A DNA stretch of 64,000 bases from positions 3,410,001-3,474,000 of the forward strand of contig NC_135664.1 in NCBI RefSeq assembly GCF_964188315.1, written 5' to 3'. How positions within the stretch are numbered: position 1 is the first letter of the stretch; each line of letters opens with the position of its first letter. This DNA is from Podarcis muralis (lineage: Eukaryota). The notes below the pieces were generated by a model. That model ran no database searches. It was not told where the DNA came from and saw only the letters and a list, made by a program, of their open reading frames with translations. The position numbers and the translations under genes were made by a program. This document shows, in pieces, positions 25,660 to 36,567 of this stretch.

Positions 25660-26095
25660 CTCTGAACACAGGCCAGTCTCTTACTCCAAGCATGGGCCAT
25701 GTGTTTGCAAAATTACAAGCTGAGAAAGCTACTCTTAACTTAATGTGGGGAAAACCGTAAAGCCAGGCAATGCTCCTCTTGATTCCTGCAGCCCCTGCTA
25801 ACTCTGCCGGCTCAGCTCTCCCCTGCCTCCTGCAGGCAGCAAATCACCAGAGCAGGTGCCAGCAAAAATCACAATGCAGGAAAAAACTGTGAAGCCAGCT
25901 GATGTCTCTACATACTGCCATCCTTATTTCAGACGTCATTATATATCAGCATATTGCAATGTTTAGCTCGTGATATATCAGTATGTTGAAAATGTTGATA
26001 TCGCCCAGCCATACTATTAGCATCAAGAAGTACTCAAAAACCACAGCCTTCTTTTGCAGACTTGAGAAGGGGAAACATGTTTAGTATGAGCCTCA

Positions 26096-26127
26096 GACCT
26101 AATGGTCAGGGGACCCTTTACCTTTAC
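26096..26127 (+). mobile_element. 5'-truncated Sauria SINE tail
   Basis: 'gacctaatggtcaggggaccctttacctttac' nearly matches the 3' end of the 1289 copy. Confidence 0.75.
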
Positions 26128-28064
26128 AGAAATAAGTGACATAAGCATGTCTAGAGTGCAGCTGCCTCAATAGTGAGGAACCTTTGTATTTAATAAGGTG
26201 ATTCAATGACAGGCATTCTTTGTCTAAACAGTTCATCTTATCATCACCACAGTAAAAGAGCCTCCTGGATTGGACTGAAGCCCCATCTAGCCCTGCATCC
26301 TATTCCAACAGTAGCCAAACACATAAATAATTGTCAAACCTAAAGAAAAGCAGACATACAAAATCTCCATACTTCTATCAGCTCTAAAGACACACACAAA
26401 CACTACAGTTCCAATAGCACACGAGTACTGAAAGTTGCAACACACACAGTGCCTGCCTCCCAATCCTCCACCCCATTCACAAACTAAATGCAAATGCTTA
26501 AGTAAAAATAAATAAAGGTTAGGGTCTCACACTGCATGCACCATTGCTCACGCCTAACAAATATGAATAAAAAACAAGCTGCTCAAACTAGAAACCACAC
26601 CCTTCTCATGACTAGCTACAAAGAATGTGCTTTGAGTTGTTTGGAGGTGTGGCCACCAAGGAAACAACCCTGAGCATGCTCAGAGCAGATCATTGGCTCC
26701 CAGGTCTAACCAAAAGGGTAGACCTGCTAAGGTTAGATCCCTCATAAGATTGCCATCATGACAGCAGGAGGGCGGGGAAAACAAAATGTTTCTGCATGAG
26801 ACAGATAGTTGGGAGCTTCTGGCCAAACTTTTTGAACTGACATTGGCTGCAGGCTGTCCAGAAACTGGGAGTATGAAAGCCATGTCCCTAGAAGAAACAT
26901 CTCTAAATTCAATGGATTATGCAAGGACATATGGAACAGGAAAGAGTCTGACACTGAGATTTGTTTGCTGGGTGGAGGGAGGGAGGGAGGAAGGAAGTAG
27001 AAACCTTTGCTTAACATTTCAACTAGTAGGAGCAGTGGAGCAGCCTCCACTGTCTGTGGGGCATCCAGTTGGCAAAGGCTTTCTTATGATGATCCAAATG
27101 GAAAATTTCAAGTCAAAACTTGGACACTGCTGTGCTCATTCTCTCATGGGGATTTCTGGCTTCATGGTAAATGATTATGTTACCAATATCATCCGATCCA
27201 TTTTGCTTTTTACTCAAGTCAGCATTAGGCGCCTGCTATAGTCTGATACTCTGTGAGCATTCAAGCTGTTTCCAGTTTTCTCTCTTTCAAACACAACAAG
27301 CTGGCAATACAATATTTCCCTTCCTGGCCTCACAAACCTCCCATACGGATGACCTACTTTACATATTTTCTTTAAGGTGCTTTTGGATGCATTGAGATGC
27401 ATGCTTTGCTTATTGGGGTTATGCAACATTATCAAGCTCTGAGCCACTTAGAAGCCATCAGTGGGTTAAATTCAAAGACCAGCTTTCAATTTCTTAAGAG
27501 AGCATGCCATAAAGTTCAGTGCATTGCTATCATGGGCAGTGACACATGGAGACATTTCCTTTATAATCCCATCATATCTATGACCTGCCACATGCCAAGC
27601 AAGGCGGCAGAGTGACATTTCCCTATTAATGTGAGAATTTGTGCAAAAATAAGAACACCCACAGCTCACAGGCAACAGCTTCTGTGAGTCTAAAAGCTCC
27701 ACTTCAGCCTGTTTTTATTATGTCGGCAAGTGTACTTCTGCTTCCACACACACTGAGAATCCATCTGTTTGTATTGCTGTCTAAACATCCTGCAGAGATC
27801 TTCCTTTGCTCCCCTGGTTAAAATTGGAAGGTGCAATTTATAAACAGAAACTTTATTGTTTTCTTTAGTGGAATGATATTCTTCTGAGAGAGTGGGGCAA
27901 TTGATCACTCTTGGTGTGCAACCATCAGCCTCTATGATTGACAAGATACATGAAGTCTCTAGATTGGCTAGGCAAGACATCAATAATAGACACAACATCT
28001 GTCCATGTTTTCTGATAGGTGTTATTGGCAAATCTCTGTTTCTGTTTCATGCTAACTTTGCCTT

Positions 28065-28215
28065 NNNNNNNNNNNNNNNNNNNNNNNNNNNNNNNNNNNN
28101 NNNNNNNNNNNNNNNNNNNNNNNNNNNNNNNNNNNNNNNNNNNNNNNNNNNNNNNNNNNNNNNNNNNNNNNNNNNNNNNNNNNNNNNNNNNNNNNNNNNN
28201 NNNNNNNNNNNNNNN
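28065..28215. other. Assembly gap (151 N)
   Basis: Run of N. Confidence 1.
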
Positions 28216-28291
28216 TGTATTGATTTTTTAAATTTGCAAATTGTCCTGTAAAGTGATGCTACATGGCAGTACAGAAATTCCTTAATAAAAT

Positions 28292-28692
28292 ATGTTGTTA
28301 TAAGTTTGGGGTGTTGCTGGGGAAGATAGCTTCCTGGTGAGGTGATGGGGGGGTGAAGGGGCTTGTTGAAAAATAGCAAATGGGTGGGACCCCGTCCCTC
28401 AAGAGAGAAAGCCAGAGTTTTGCAGTGATGTCACCTAGAAGAAAAGCAGCAAGCCGGAGAGAGAGTCAGAGTAATGTTTGAGAGCAATGTTTGATTTCTG
28501 CTTAAGTCCAAGGCTGCGTCTTTGGGAGAAACAAGACTCTTTTGAGGTATTGATGCTGTGGACCCCTCCATTGCAAGCTCAGGTTGTATAAAGGAGTAAA
28601 TCAAGCATATGTCAAAGAAAACATGAACCCTGGGTAAACACCTGAAACCCCTGGAATCTCACACTGCTCAGACATTGGGGTAGCAGGCAAAC
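28292..28692 (+). mobile_element. Probable solo LTR followed by a (CA)n(GA)n microsatellite (~28690-28748)
   Basis: TG start ('tgttgttataag'), TATA-like 'gtataaa', U5-like end 'cctggaatctcacactgctcagacattggggtagcaggcaaaca'. No TSD visible because of the microsatellite. Confidence 0.45.
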
Positions 28693-28695
28693 ACA

Positions 28696-28755
<60 letters not shown>

Positions 28756-30443
28756 CAGATACCTTCCCTTCTGTGCACACATCAGTCCTGCCTGTCCTGA
28801 TAGCTACAACACAAAACATTCAACTATGTGTACTGATATAATTAGTACAATCTCCCCGAGCCTCCTCATTTTCCTCTGTGAAATGTTGGAGGGTATGGAA
28901 TATTAGGACTGTCTGAGCCGGGTCAACAGAGCTGTTACTTTCTGCTTATTGAACTCTAATCTCCACCTGCAAGCACAATAATGCAGTTAGACTCTGCATT
29001 ATTTTAGACTCTGGATTCAATGCTCTACCCTCTCTTTAGATGATAACATGAATGTTTTTGCTTATTACAGAAAGCAATAAGTTGGCAGCACTGCATTTGG
29101 AATCATCTGCTCATTATACTGAGTGGGGCACTGGAATTCCGCCCCCAATCCTGTTCTGACAGCATCAGTGCTCCAGCTGAACCCACTAGCCTCAAGGATC
29201 ATGTGTTGATTCAGGTGTGGATGACCACGGTGGATGACCAGTGTCGCCCTTCCAGCCATGCACAGAGCAGCCTCTCCCAGCCTTCTGCCCTCCAGCATGG
29301 ACCACGGTCAGGAATGATGGGAGTTGTGGTCTACAACATCAGGAAGGCAGTTTGCTGGGGAAGGATGGCGGCATAGACTCCTGTAGATGAGGGGCAGCCA
29401 ACCTGGTGCACTTCAGATGCTGTGGACTGTGACTCCATTCAGCCCCAGTCAGCGCAGCCGATGGTCAGAGGGCGATGGGATTGCACTTCACAATCCCCAG
29501 AGGACACTACACTGTTGCAGACCGGTCTTTATGTGGAATAGCTGTTTCTGTGGCACACAGTCTCTGCTGTGCTCAGAAAACACTGAGCCAATTATTCGAC
29601 AGTAATATTACTATTCTAGCTCACTGTCCAAAAAGCAATGAAATGTTATCATCTATTGTTGCTGGTGTAATGAGCCAAACAATAACTGGCTAAGTTAAGC
29701 AGGAATCATTTGCAATATTCCAAAACTAGCATTCCCCCGAAATGAGGGAGTTACTCAGATATGAATATCCTAAATTAATAACTTGTGGGTGGCTGCCTTT
29801 TCAAAAAATCTGGGTGAATGCAACAACAATTCTGTTCCATTTTCTGCCTGGAACTATACTGAGGGGGGAAATGTTTTAAATATAGTAAACCTGCACACAC
29901 TTTCCTCAAATAAAACTCAAACTCACAGATGTCGATGGGGGAGGTGTGCGACTGGCAGGGTAAATAAGCAAACCCTTGTTAGCACCTTTCAGCCACAGAG
30001 TCATGCGTGGCAATGGCTCAGTTTTTGCAGTGTCTGCTGATCCTATGGAACGTGCAACTGTGGGGAGGGCTGAGGGATGCTTTCTGTTGGAGGAATGGCA
30101 GAAATAGTGTTGAAAAGAACTGCAGTGTGAAAATCTGCTCAGGGATATATTGTGGGCTTAGAAGAAGAAAAAGCTTTCCTAGAGGATTTACAGTTTTCAT
30201 TGACCAATCTCTCATGAATAAAAATACTGCCATTTATAATATGCTACAGACTCAAAAACAGATACCAGCTTATTATATGTGGGGGAGGAGGTGTCAGGGT
30301 TGAGTGCATATTTTTCCTCCCAGCGAGGATGTGGCTTTTTAGATTGGTGCTTTCAGAAATGCAAAGCGCCAAAGAACTACACAATGCTCCCCATCTCCTC
30401 TGTTTCTTTACTTTGGATGTGATGTTGCTCTTTGGGTCCTGGA

Positions 30444-30660
30444 TAGGGATGGCTGAACCTTTCAATTTTGGTTTCTCTCAGTTTTGCATTTTTCCAATCT
30501 TAAATTCAGTTGTCCACATTTCCACTTCAGTTTGCATTTTGAAAAAGTCCCAATGAAAATTTATCAGCATCTCAGTAAAATTCCACCTAATATACACGGT
30601 TTTTATTTGCATTTTCCCCAATACTAATTTTTTTGCAAAGCAGTTTTCCATAGGATAACA
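30444..30660. mobile_element. hAT (Ac-like) MITE fragment
   Basis: Begins TAGGGATGG, like the Ac TIR TAGGGATGAAA, followed by T-rich subterminal sequence. Right end not resolved. Confidence 0.4.
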
Positions 30661-30789
30661 TTTTTAAAAATGTAACAAGACAGAATACAACATAAAGAAA
30701 CAAAATAAGCAAAGATATCATTACAAACATCATTCAAAACATCAAAAAATACTGTCCCATGGCACAACTCTATGGACACAACTCTGCAG

Positions 30790-31620
30790 GTATGAATGGA
30801 GCCACCATGGTGTGGTGCCACTGATAATCATCCCACAGAGTCAGTCTAGAAGAAGACCATGGACAATGATATTAAAAACTGCTGTGAGGTCAAGCGGAAG
30901 AAGTAAGGTTGCATTCCTCCTGTCTTTCTCTCAAAAAATGTCATCCATCAGGGAGACCAAGGCAGATTCAGTCCCAAATGCAGGCCTGAATCCAGACTGG
31001 CACGGATCCAGATAATCAGGCCATGTATGGAATCATCACCAACACTTTTTTATGCACACTTTTGCCCTTTTGTACACATTACGTGGCTGGAAAACTGCCT
31101 TGTGAAACCCAGAGACGTGCAACTTTTGAAGGACAGCTGTGCTTCCATTCTCATATTGTTTTGGAGAATGTGAATGAGGTAGGTTGACCTTTAGAATGTA
31201 GACTGGATCATGTTTCTCCTCCTGGTTTATACATTCACCAGGCACCACTTCAGTTCTCTTGGTGGAAGAGCAGGACCCTCACATTCTCCATGATGTGACG
31301 TAGGTGCCCCACTCAAAAGTCCAACTGCAGGCCTGGTGCACTGACGTCTCTTGCTGATCTTCCCCCAGCCTCCAGCTCTATCACAAAATGCTTCTTCACA
31401 GCATTCATTGCTACTAGAAGCTCACTTGGATCATGACTGAACAATGCTGAGTCTCTTGGATTGCAGCTGGGAAGAAGCAGATGGTGTTTTGGGAGCACCC
31501 AAATGTCTGCTGATGACCATGTGCAGGTGCAAAGCATGCCAGTCAAGAATGTGCAAATGCAAGAAGCTTTTGATTACTTGCTATACTTTATACACACAAG
31601 AAAAGCTGTGCCACAATGCA
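30790..31620 (+). pseudogene. Decayed DNA-transposase fragment, XPG/PIN-like domain plus Cys cluster (Academ-like)
   Basis: Ordered motifs across frameshifts: VRSS..VAFLL, TGT, LYTLRG, DLPPASSS, LLHSIHCY*KLTW, SWEEADGVL, APKCLLMTMCRCKACQSRMCKCKKLLITC. Confidence 0.6.
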
Positions 31621-31864
31621 TAGTCAAGAAGAAACTCGGGTTCAAAAATTTAATTGCCATTATCGGTTGAAATGAATGTTCTTTGAATGTTGATTGTGAT
31701 TTCAGTGGTCATTAAATGACTATTTACTTTCCATTTTTATTCCATTCTTCCTCTAAAAGACCAGGGCAGGATAAATGACTGTATCTCCCCATATCCTATA
31801 AGCATACCCACAGTTAGGTTAAGAGATGGTTACTCACTGAAGGATTATTGGTGAGCTACATAGA

Positions 31865-32383
31865 TTTCAGGGACTGGCTGGATGGAGAGGAGTGGGGGGA
31901 GGCACCAGTTGGGAACCACAGGGAAGCCTCGGAAGAGGAAGGCTCAGAGCCAGGAGAGTGGTGGTGGGATGCTGAGGACAGATCAGAAGGTGAAGGGCGG
32001 AGGGAGATGGCTGGAGGCTGAAGATGCAGCAGACAGGCACGAGCAAGAAGAGCCCAGTGAGGCTTCACAGAGGAGAAGAGGACAGCATCTGCAGAAGCAG
32101 CCCAGGAGCTTGCTGTTCCTACTGCAGAGCTCTCCTCCCCCCCTTGTCTCCAAGGGCACGGAGGGCTTCCCATGTAGCAGAAGAAAGGGCACTGAGGCCC
32201 CTCCCTCATAGTGTAAGGCTGCTAGGGAAACGGAGTAGGAGGGGTCTTCAGGGGATGTAGAGGGGAGAGACCCTCAGTCCTGGCAACTGCTCGAAGGAGC
32301 AGTAGGCAGTGCCAAGCTGTAAGTTGTGTTTGTGAATAAAGAATTAAAATACACTGCTGAACTCCATGTCCTGTGTGCTGACA
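31865..32383 (+). mobile_element. Solo LTR (Gypsy-like family 'A'), copy 1
   Basis: T(T)TCAGGGAC...GCTGACA termini, AATAAA near 32335, TSD atag (31860 / 32384), purine-rich U3. Confidence 0.8.
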
Positions 32384-33112
32384 ATAGCTAAGCAGGGATA
32401 TGAACCAGAGTCACCCTCCTGTTCCTAGTCCAGCTTGTAATAGTTCTTCTATCTCAACTGTAAAAAAATCCTGTTTTGCCAGGAAAAGGAGCTTTCTACA
32501 CAGACTCATTCATGAGTTATCACATGCCCACTTTTGCATGTCAGACATTCTGGAAATTGCCAGCTTCAGAATGAATGTCACAGGGTGGGCTTCTCTGTGC
32601 AAGCTAAATATGCTCCTACATAAGGATGAAAATAAAACAAAGCCCAATATTCTCCATTTGTGGGGGGTTTTAAGTGGGGCCTGTGGCAAATCAAATATTT
32701 CTTTTTCTTTCAGACTTGCAAGATCTAAGTTGAGAGTTGCTGCTTTCATGGTATATTTGAATTAAGTAGCAGTGAGACACTTGTACTTTTTCCAAGAGCA
32801 AAAACAAATCTGTTTTTCAACATGTGACGTGATCACCCCATGAGTTTTAATGTCTATTTAAGTGATAATCTCTATCGCCTCATAATACAGCAACTAGCGA
32901 ACAGCTGTTCTGGCTGATCAAATGCAGAACCAAAGTTGAGACACTAATCTGTTGCAGAAGCTGTTTATTGCTCCTGGCGCATAAAGCAATAGGGGTTACT
33001 GCCATCCTGTAACCAGCAGTAATGAGAAGGAAGAGAAAACAAAAATGGTCTTGAAGCAGATCCCACCCCCGTATACTCTAAAAACCACCATGGGTTGTTT
33101 TAGGGGTTTTTA

Positions 33113-33616
33113 TGTGAGGATAAACTTAGATACTTGGAGACTCAGGCAGAAGTTGACCAAATAAGAAAGATTTATTTTACAGAACAAAGTTGGTAAAACA
33201 AATATGTCAGGAGATAAAAGTATTTCAGGAAACAGATAACTTAATAATACTTAATCTACCGAATGATACAGGCTTCTAAACACAGGAGGTAACACACAGC
33301 TTCTTTTAAACATCAATTGTTTAATTCGGTTATTACTCCTCAGATGTTACATGTTTCTAGACTAGATGGTCAATGCTCAGCTTATTTCCGTTTATGTTAC
33401 TTCAATTTCTTAAATTAGTTGTTGCTTAGGTGTTACCGCCTAACACTTTGGTTCCTAAACAAGGTGGAACTTTCTGTTGATTTCCCAACCTTTTCTCACT
33501 TCCGGTAGTATCACAGTTCCAGGGGATCCCCACGTCCCTCTTAACTGGTCTGGGAGTCTTCAGAGGATCTCTCTCCTCCTGACTGACATGCAACTCAAGG
33601 AGACAGTATCCTCACA
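33113..33616 (-). mobile_element. LTR of a different family, antisense
   Basis: Perfect 10-bp terminal inverted repeat TGTGAGGATA / TATCCTCACA, TTTATT (antisense poly-A signal) near 33171, and a pyrimidine tract right after it (PPT on the minus strand). No matching TSD. Confidence 0.55.
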
Positions 33617-35475
33617 GCTTCTCCTTCTCCTGACTCAAACTCAGCCCTCCCGTTACTCCCGTCTTTGTATCTAAGCCTAGAGACTCCTTTCTCTAGCTGG
33701 AGACGCTGAGGCCCCTGAGGGCCCCTCAATATGTGCAGGCAAGGGGACTTCCGGTTTGGATCGCCTGCAGTATGGGTGCGCGGAGAAGTTGCTGAACAGC
33801 TTTTCTGAACTGCATAGGGGGTTCTGAGGGGGCAACGCAAAGGCACTGCGACCCCCGAAACCTCAAGGGGGGCCCCCTTGAGGGAAGCGCAACCGGCAGC
33901 GTCGGAGGGACCCGAAACCCCTTTTGAGCTTTCTCTATTTTGGGATGACTCAGGAGTGACGGATCGAGAGACGCACTATGGTAAGCCCTGCGAACCCCAT
34001 GCAGTAATGCTTCGAGCCCCAGCTGAAAGTGGCGACAAATCTCCGTAACTTTAAGAATAACCGCCTTTGGGGTAGTCAAACAGATGTCAAAATTGAAAAT
34101 CTGAAGAATGGAGCCCAAGGCGTGTTGGATTTAACCTGATTAAACTAAGGAGCCCGACCTGTATTTCGGAGCTAAGATGGCGCTGGGACGCTAATCGGGA
34201 GAGTGAAACAAAGAAACTCTTACTTACCCGCTGTAGAAACAAAGAAGAGAAGTCCCCGCTGGGAGTTTCACGGGGCAAAAGTATCCAAGACAGATAGAGT
34301 TTATTTGGAAAGGAGACCTTAGAGACTTTGTATTAAATAGATCGCTAGAGGCAAGTTTGGAGAGAGACTAAAAGGAGTATTAGAAGAAGAAGATTGTAAG
34401 GAGGCGATAGTGAGAGACGGAGACGGAGACGGAGGGGGAAGGAGGGGGAGAGGTGAAGAGCCCTGAAACATGGAAGAGACGAGCCCTGCCCCCCTCCTCA
34501 ATACCTCCAACAGCCCCGCTGGTCTTTGACAGCGGTGATAAATAAAACAACCTTTGCCGACTTTGAGCCTCCGTCCTCCCCCCCCCCTTTTGTGTTTTTC
34601 TCTTCCTTCATACTTTTCGGCTTTTGCCGGCTTTTATAGCTCTCGCAACTTGCCGGATGTGGGAGGAAAACTTTGTGTGAGCTTGAGCACGTACGCCAGT
34701 CTTTATCTCCATTAGGGCTGCAATTAAGCAGATATTGTGAAACCTGGCTTGGAAATCTGGCGCGACTCTGATACTTGGCTGGACTTCGACGGACTTAATT
34801 ATTGTTTAGACTTAACTTCAACTAGAACTACGAAAGACATGATTTCGCCCAGTTCTGTTTAATTTGAAGAACACCTTCTTTCTGGGGGTGGTGGAAGCTT
34901 TGCTCTTCGCCTCACTCCAGTTGGAAACTAGGAGTGAAACCTAGCCACCTTCCCTTCTTTTGCAGACTATCTAAACCTCGTAGAAAGACTCGGAAACCTA
35001 TAGGACTTCCAGCACTGCCCTACCCTTTGCCCCCCTTATCTCCTCCCACGCCTACCCCCCCTTCCCTTTCCCCCTCCATCCCTGGCTTGCAGTCCTGGCG
35101 GTCCCCACGGAGACATCAATCCATACAAGGTCGGAACGAACTTTGGATTAGGTCAAACAAGTGGCTGAAGCCAGACTTGAAGAAAGAATCTTAAACCCTT
35201 CCTTTTTCCTTATGGTTTTTGGATTTTCTGTACCCCTTTCTTGTCCCCCTTCTTTTTTCAGTCCCCTCCCCGCTCTATTCCCTTCCCTCTTCTGATTTTT
35301 CTCCCTTTTCTCTTTTTCCTTTTTTACTGAATTTTACAATAGTGTTCTGACTTGTCTAAGGAGCAGGCCAACGGAATCCCCCTCCAGATTGTGCGCCCCC
35401 TAGGGGTGAGCAATAAGAAACATAAGTTTGTTTATCTTTAAGGATTGGGGAAGAGGAACGGAATAGACCGGGCAG

Positions 35476-36372
35476 ATGGCGGGGAGAGACGGGAAAAAGT
35501 CGGTGGGAACACCAATAGAGAGGAAAACGTCAAGACAAGAGGAAATAAGGGATTTGGATGCTTTATGGTTGAAAATAAAAGAGGAATTTAGACAGAACGA
35601 AAACCACATGGGGAAAAAGTTAGAAGAGATGCAGGAATCTTTTGATAAAAAAATAGAGGTGGTGGTAGGGGAACTTTCAAATAAAATTAAAGACCTAACG
35701 GGCCGAACAAAGTCCTTAGAGGACGCAAATAAGAGAACACAGAAAGAAATGAAAGATCAGAGAAGAGAAGTAGAAAAAATTAAGGAGAACTTTGAAGAAC
35801 TAAATAAAAGCCAAGACCAAGTCTTAGATAATTTAGCCATGATGGAAATGAAGCAAAAGCAGCTAAATTTGAAATTTAGAGGAATAGGGGAAGTAAGGGA
35901 CGAAGATATAAAAGGAAAAATGATAAAAGAACTGGCAAGGTGGCTAGCATTGAGAGAAGAGGAAGTTGCACAAACCATAGAAAATGCCTTTAGAATAAAA
36001 ATAAGACCGAAGCAAAACAAACAGAAAAGGATTCCAGGAGACTGCCTAGTGTTTTTCAGTTCGATAGAGATGAGAAACACAATTTTGAGAGAAAGCTATC
36101 AGAGGAAATTAATGATTGATGGGAAACCAATTATTGTCTTTAAGGAAATACCAATCAGGCTCCTTCGCAAGAGAGAGGGCTACAAACAGATAGTCAACAC
36201 TTTGAAAAAGAACGGTATACAGCATAGATGGGAATTCCCTGAAGGGATCTCATTTTTTTACAAAGGAAAAAGGTTCAAGATAACAGAGATTCAGGAAGTC
36301 AGTAAATTCCTTCGCAGATATGAAAAAGAGCTAGGGGGGATGATGGAGAGATATGGGGGGAAGGGGCCGTGA
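35476..36372 (+). CDS. L1 ORF1p (coiled coil + RRM + CTD), 298 aa, intact
   Basis: Heptad-rich K/E N-terminal half, then NLKFRGI (RRM start) and HRWEFPEGISF (CTD). Lies directly upstream of ORF2. Confidence 0.92.
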   Translation: MAGRDGKKSVGTPIERKTSRQEEIRDLDALWLKIKEEFRQNENHMGKKLEEMQESFDKKIEVVVGELSNKIKDLTGRTKSLEDANKRTQKEMKDQRREVEKIKENFEELNKSQDQVLDNLAMMEMKQKQLNLKFRGIGEVRDEDIKGKMIKELARWLALREEEVAQTIENAFRIKIRPKQNKQKRIPGDCLVFFSSIEMRNTILRESYQRKLMIDGKPIIVFKEIPIRLLRKREGYKQIVNTLKKNGIQHRWEFPEGISFFYKGKRFKITEIQEVSKFLRRYEKELGGMMERYGGKGP

Positions 36373-36567
36373 GAGGGAGGGGGAGGGGGGAGCGGGGGGA
36401 GGGTCGGAAGAAGAGGGAGGAGGGGGAGAGGGAGAGGAGGAGGCGAAGGAGGGAGAGACAGAGGAGGAACAGGAGGAAGTAGAGAATCAAAACACTCGAA
36501 TCTAAATCGGCTAAAACTTAAAACCTAAACCGATAAATTACTGACTTGTTAACAGATAAAAGCAATA

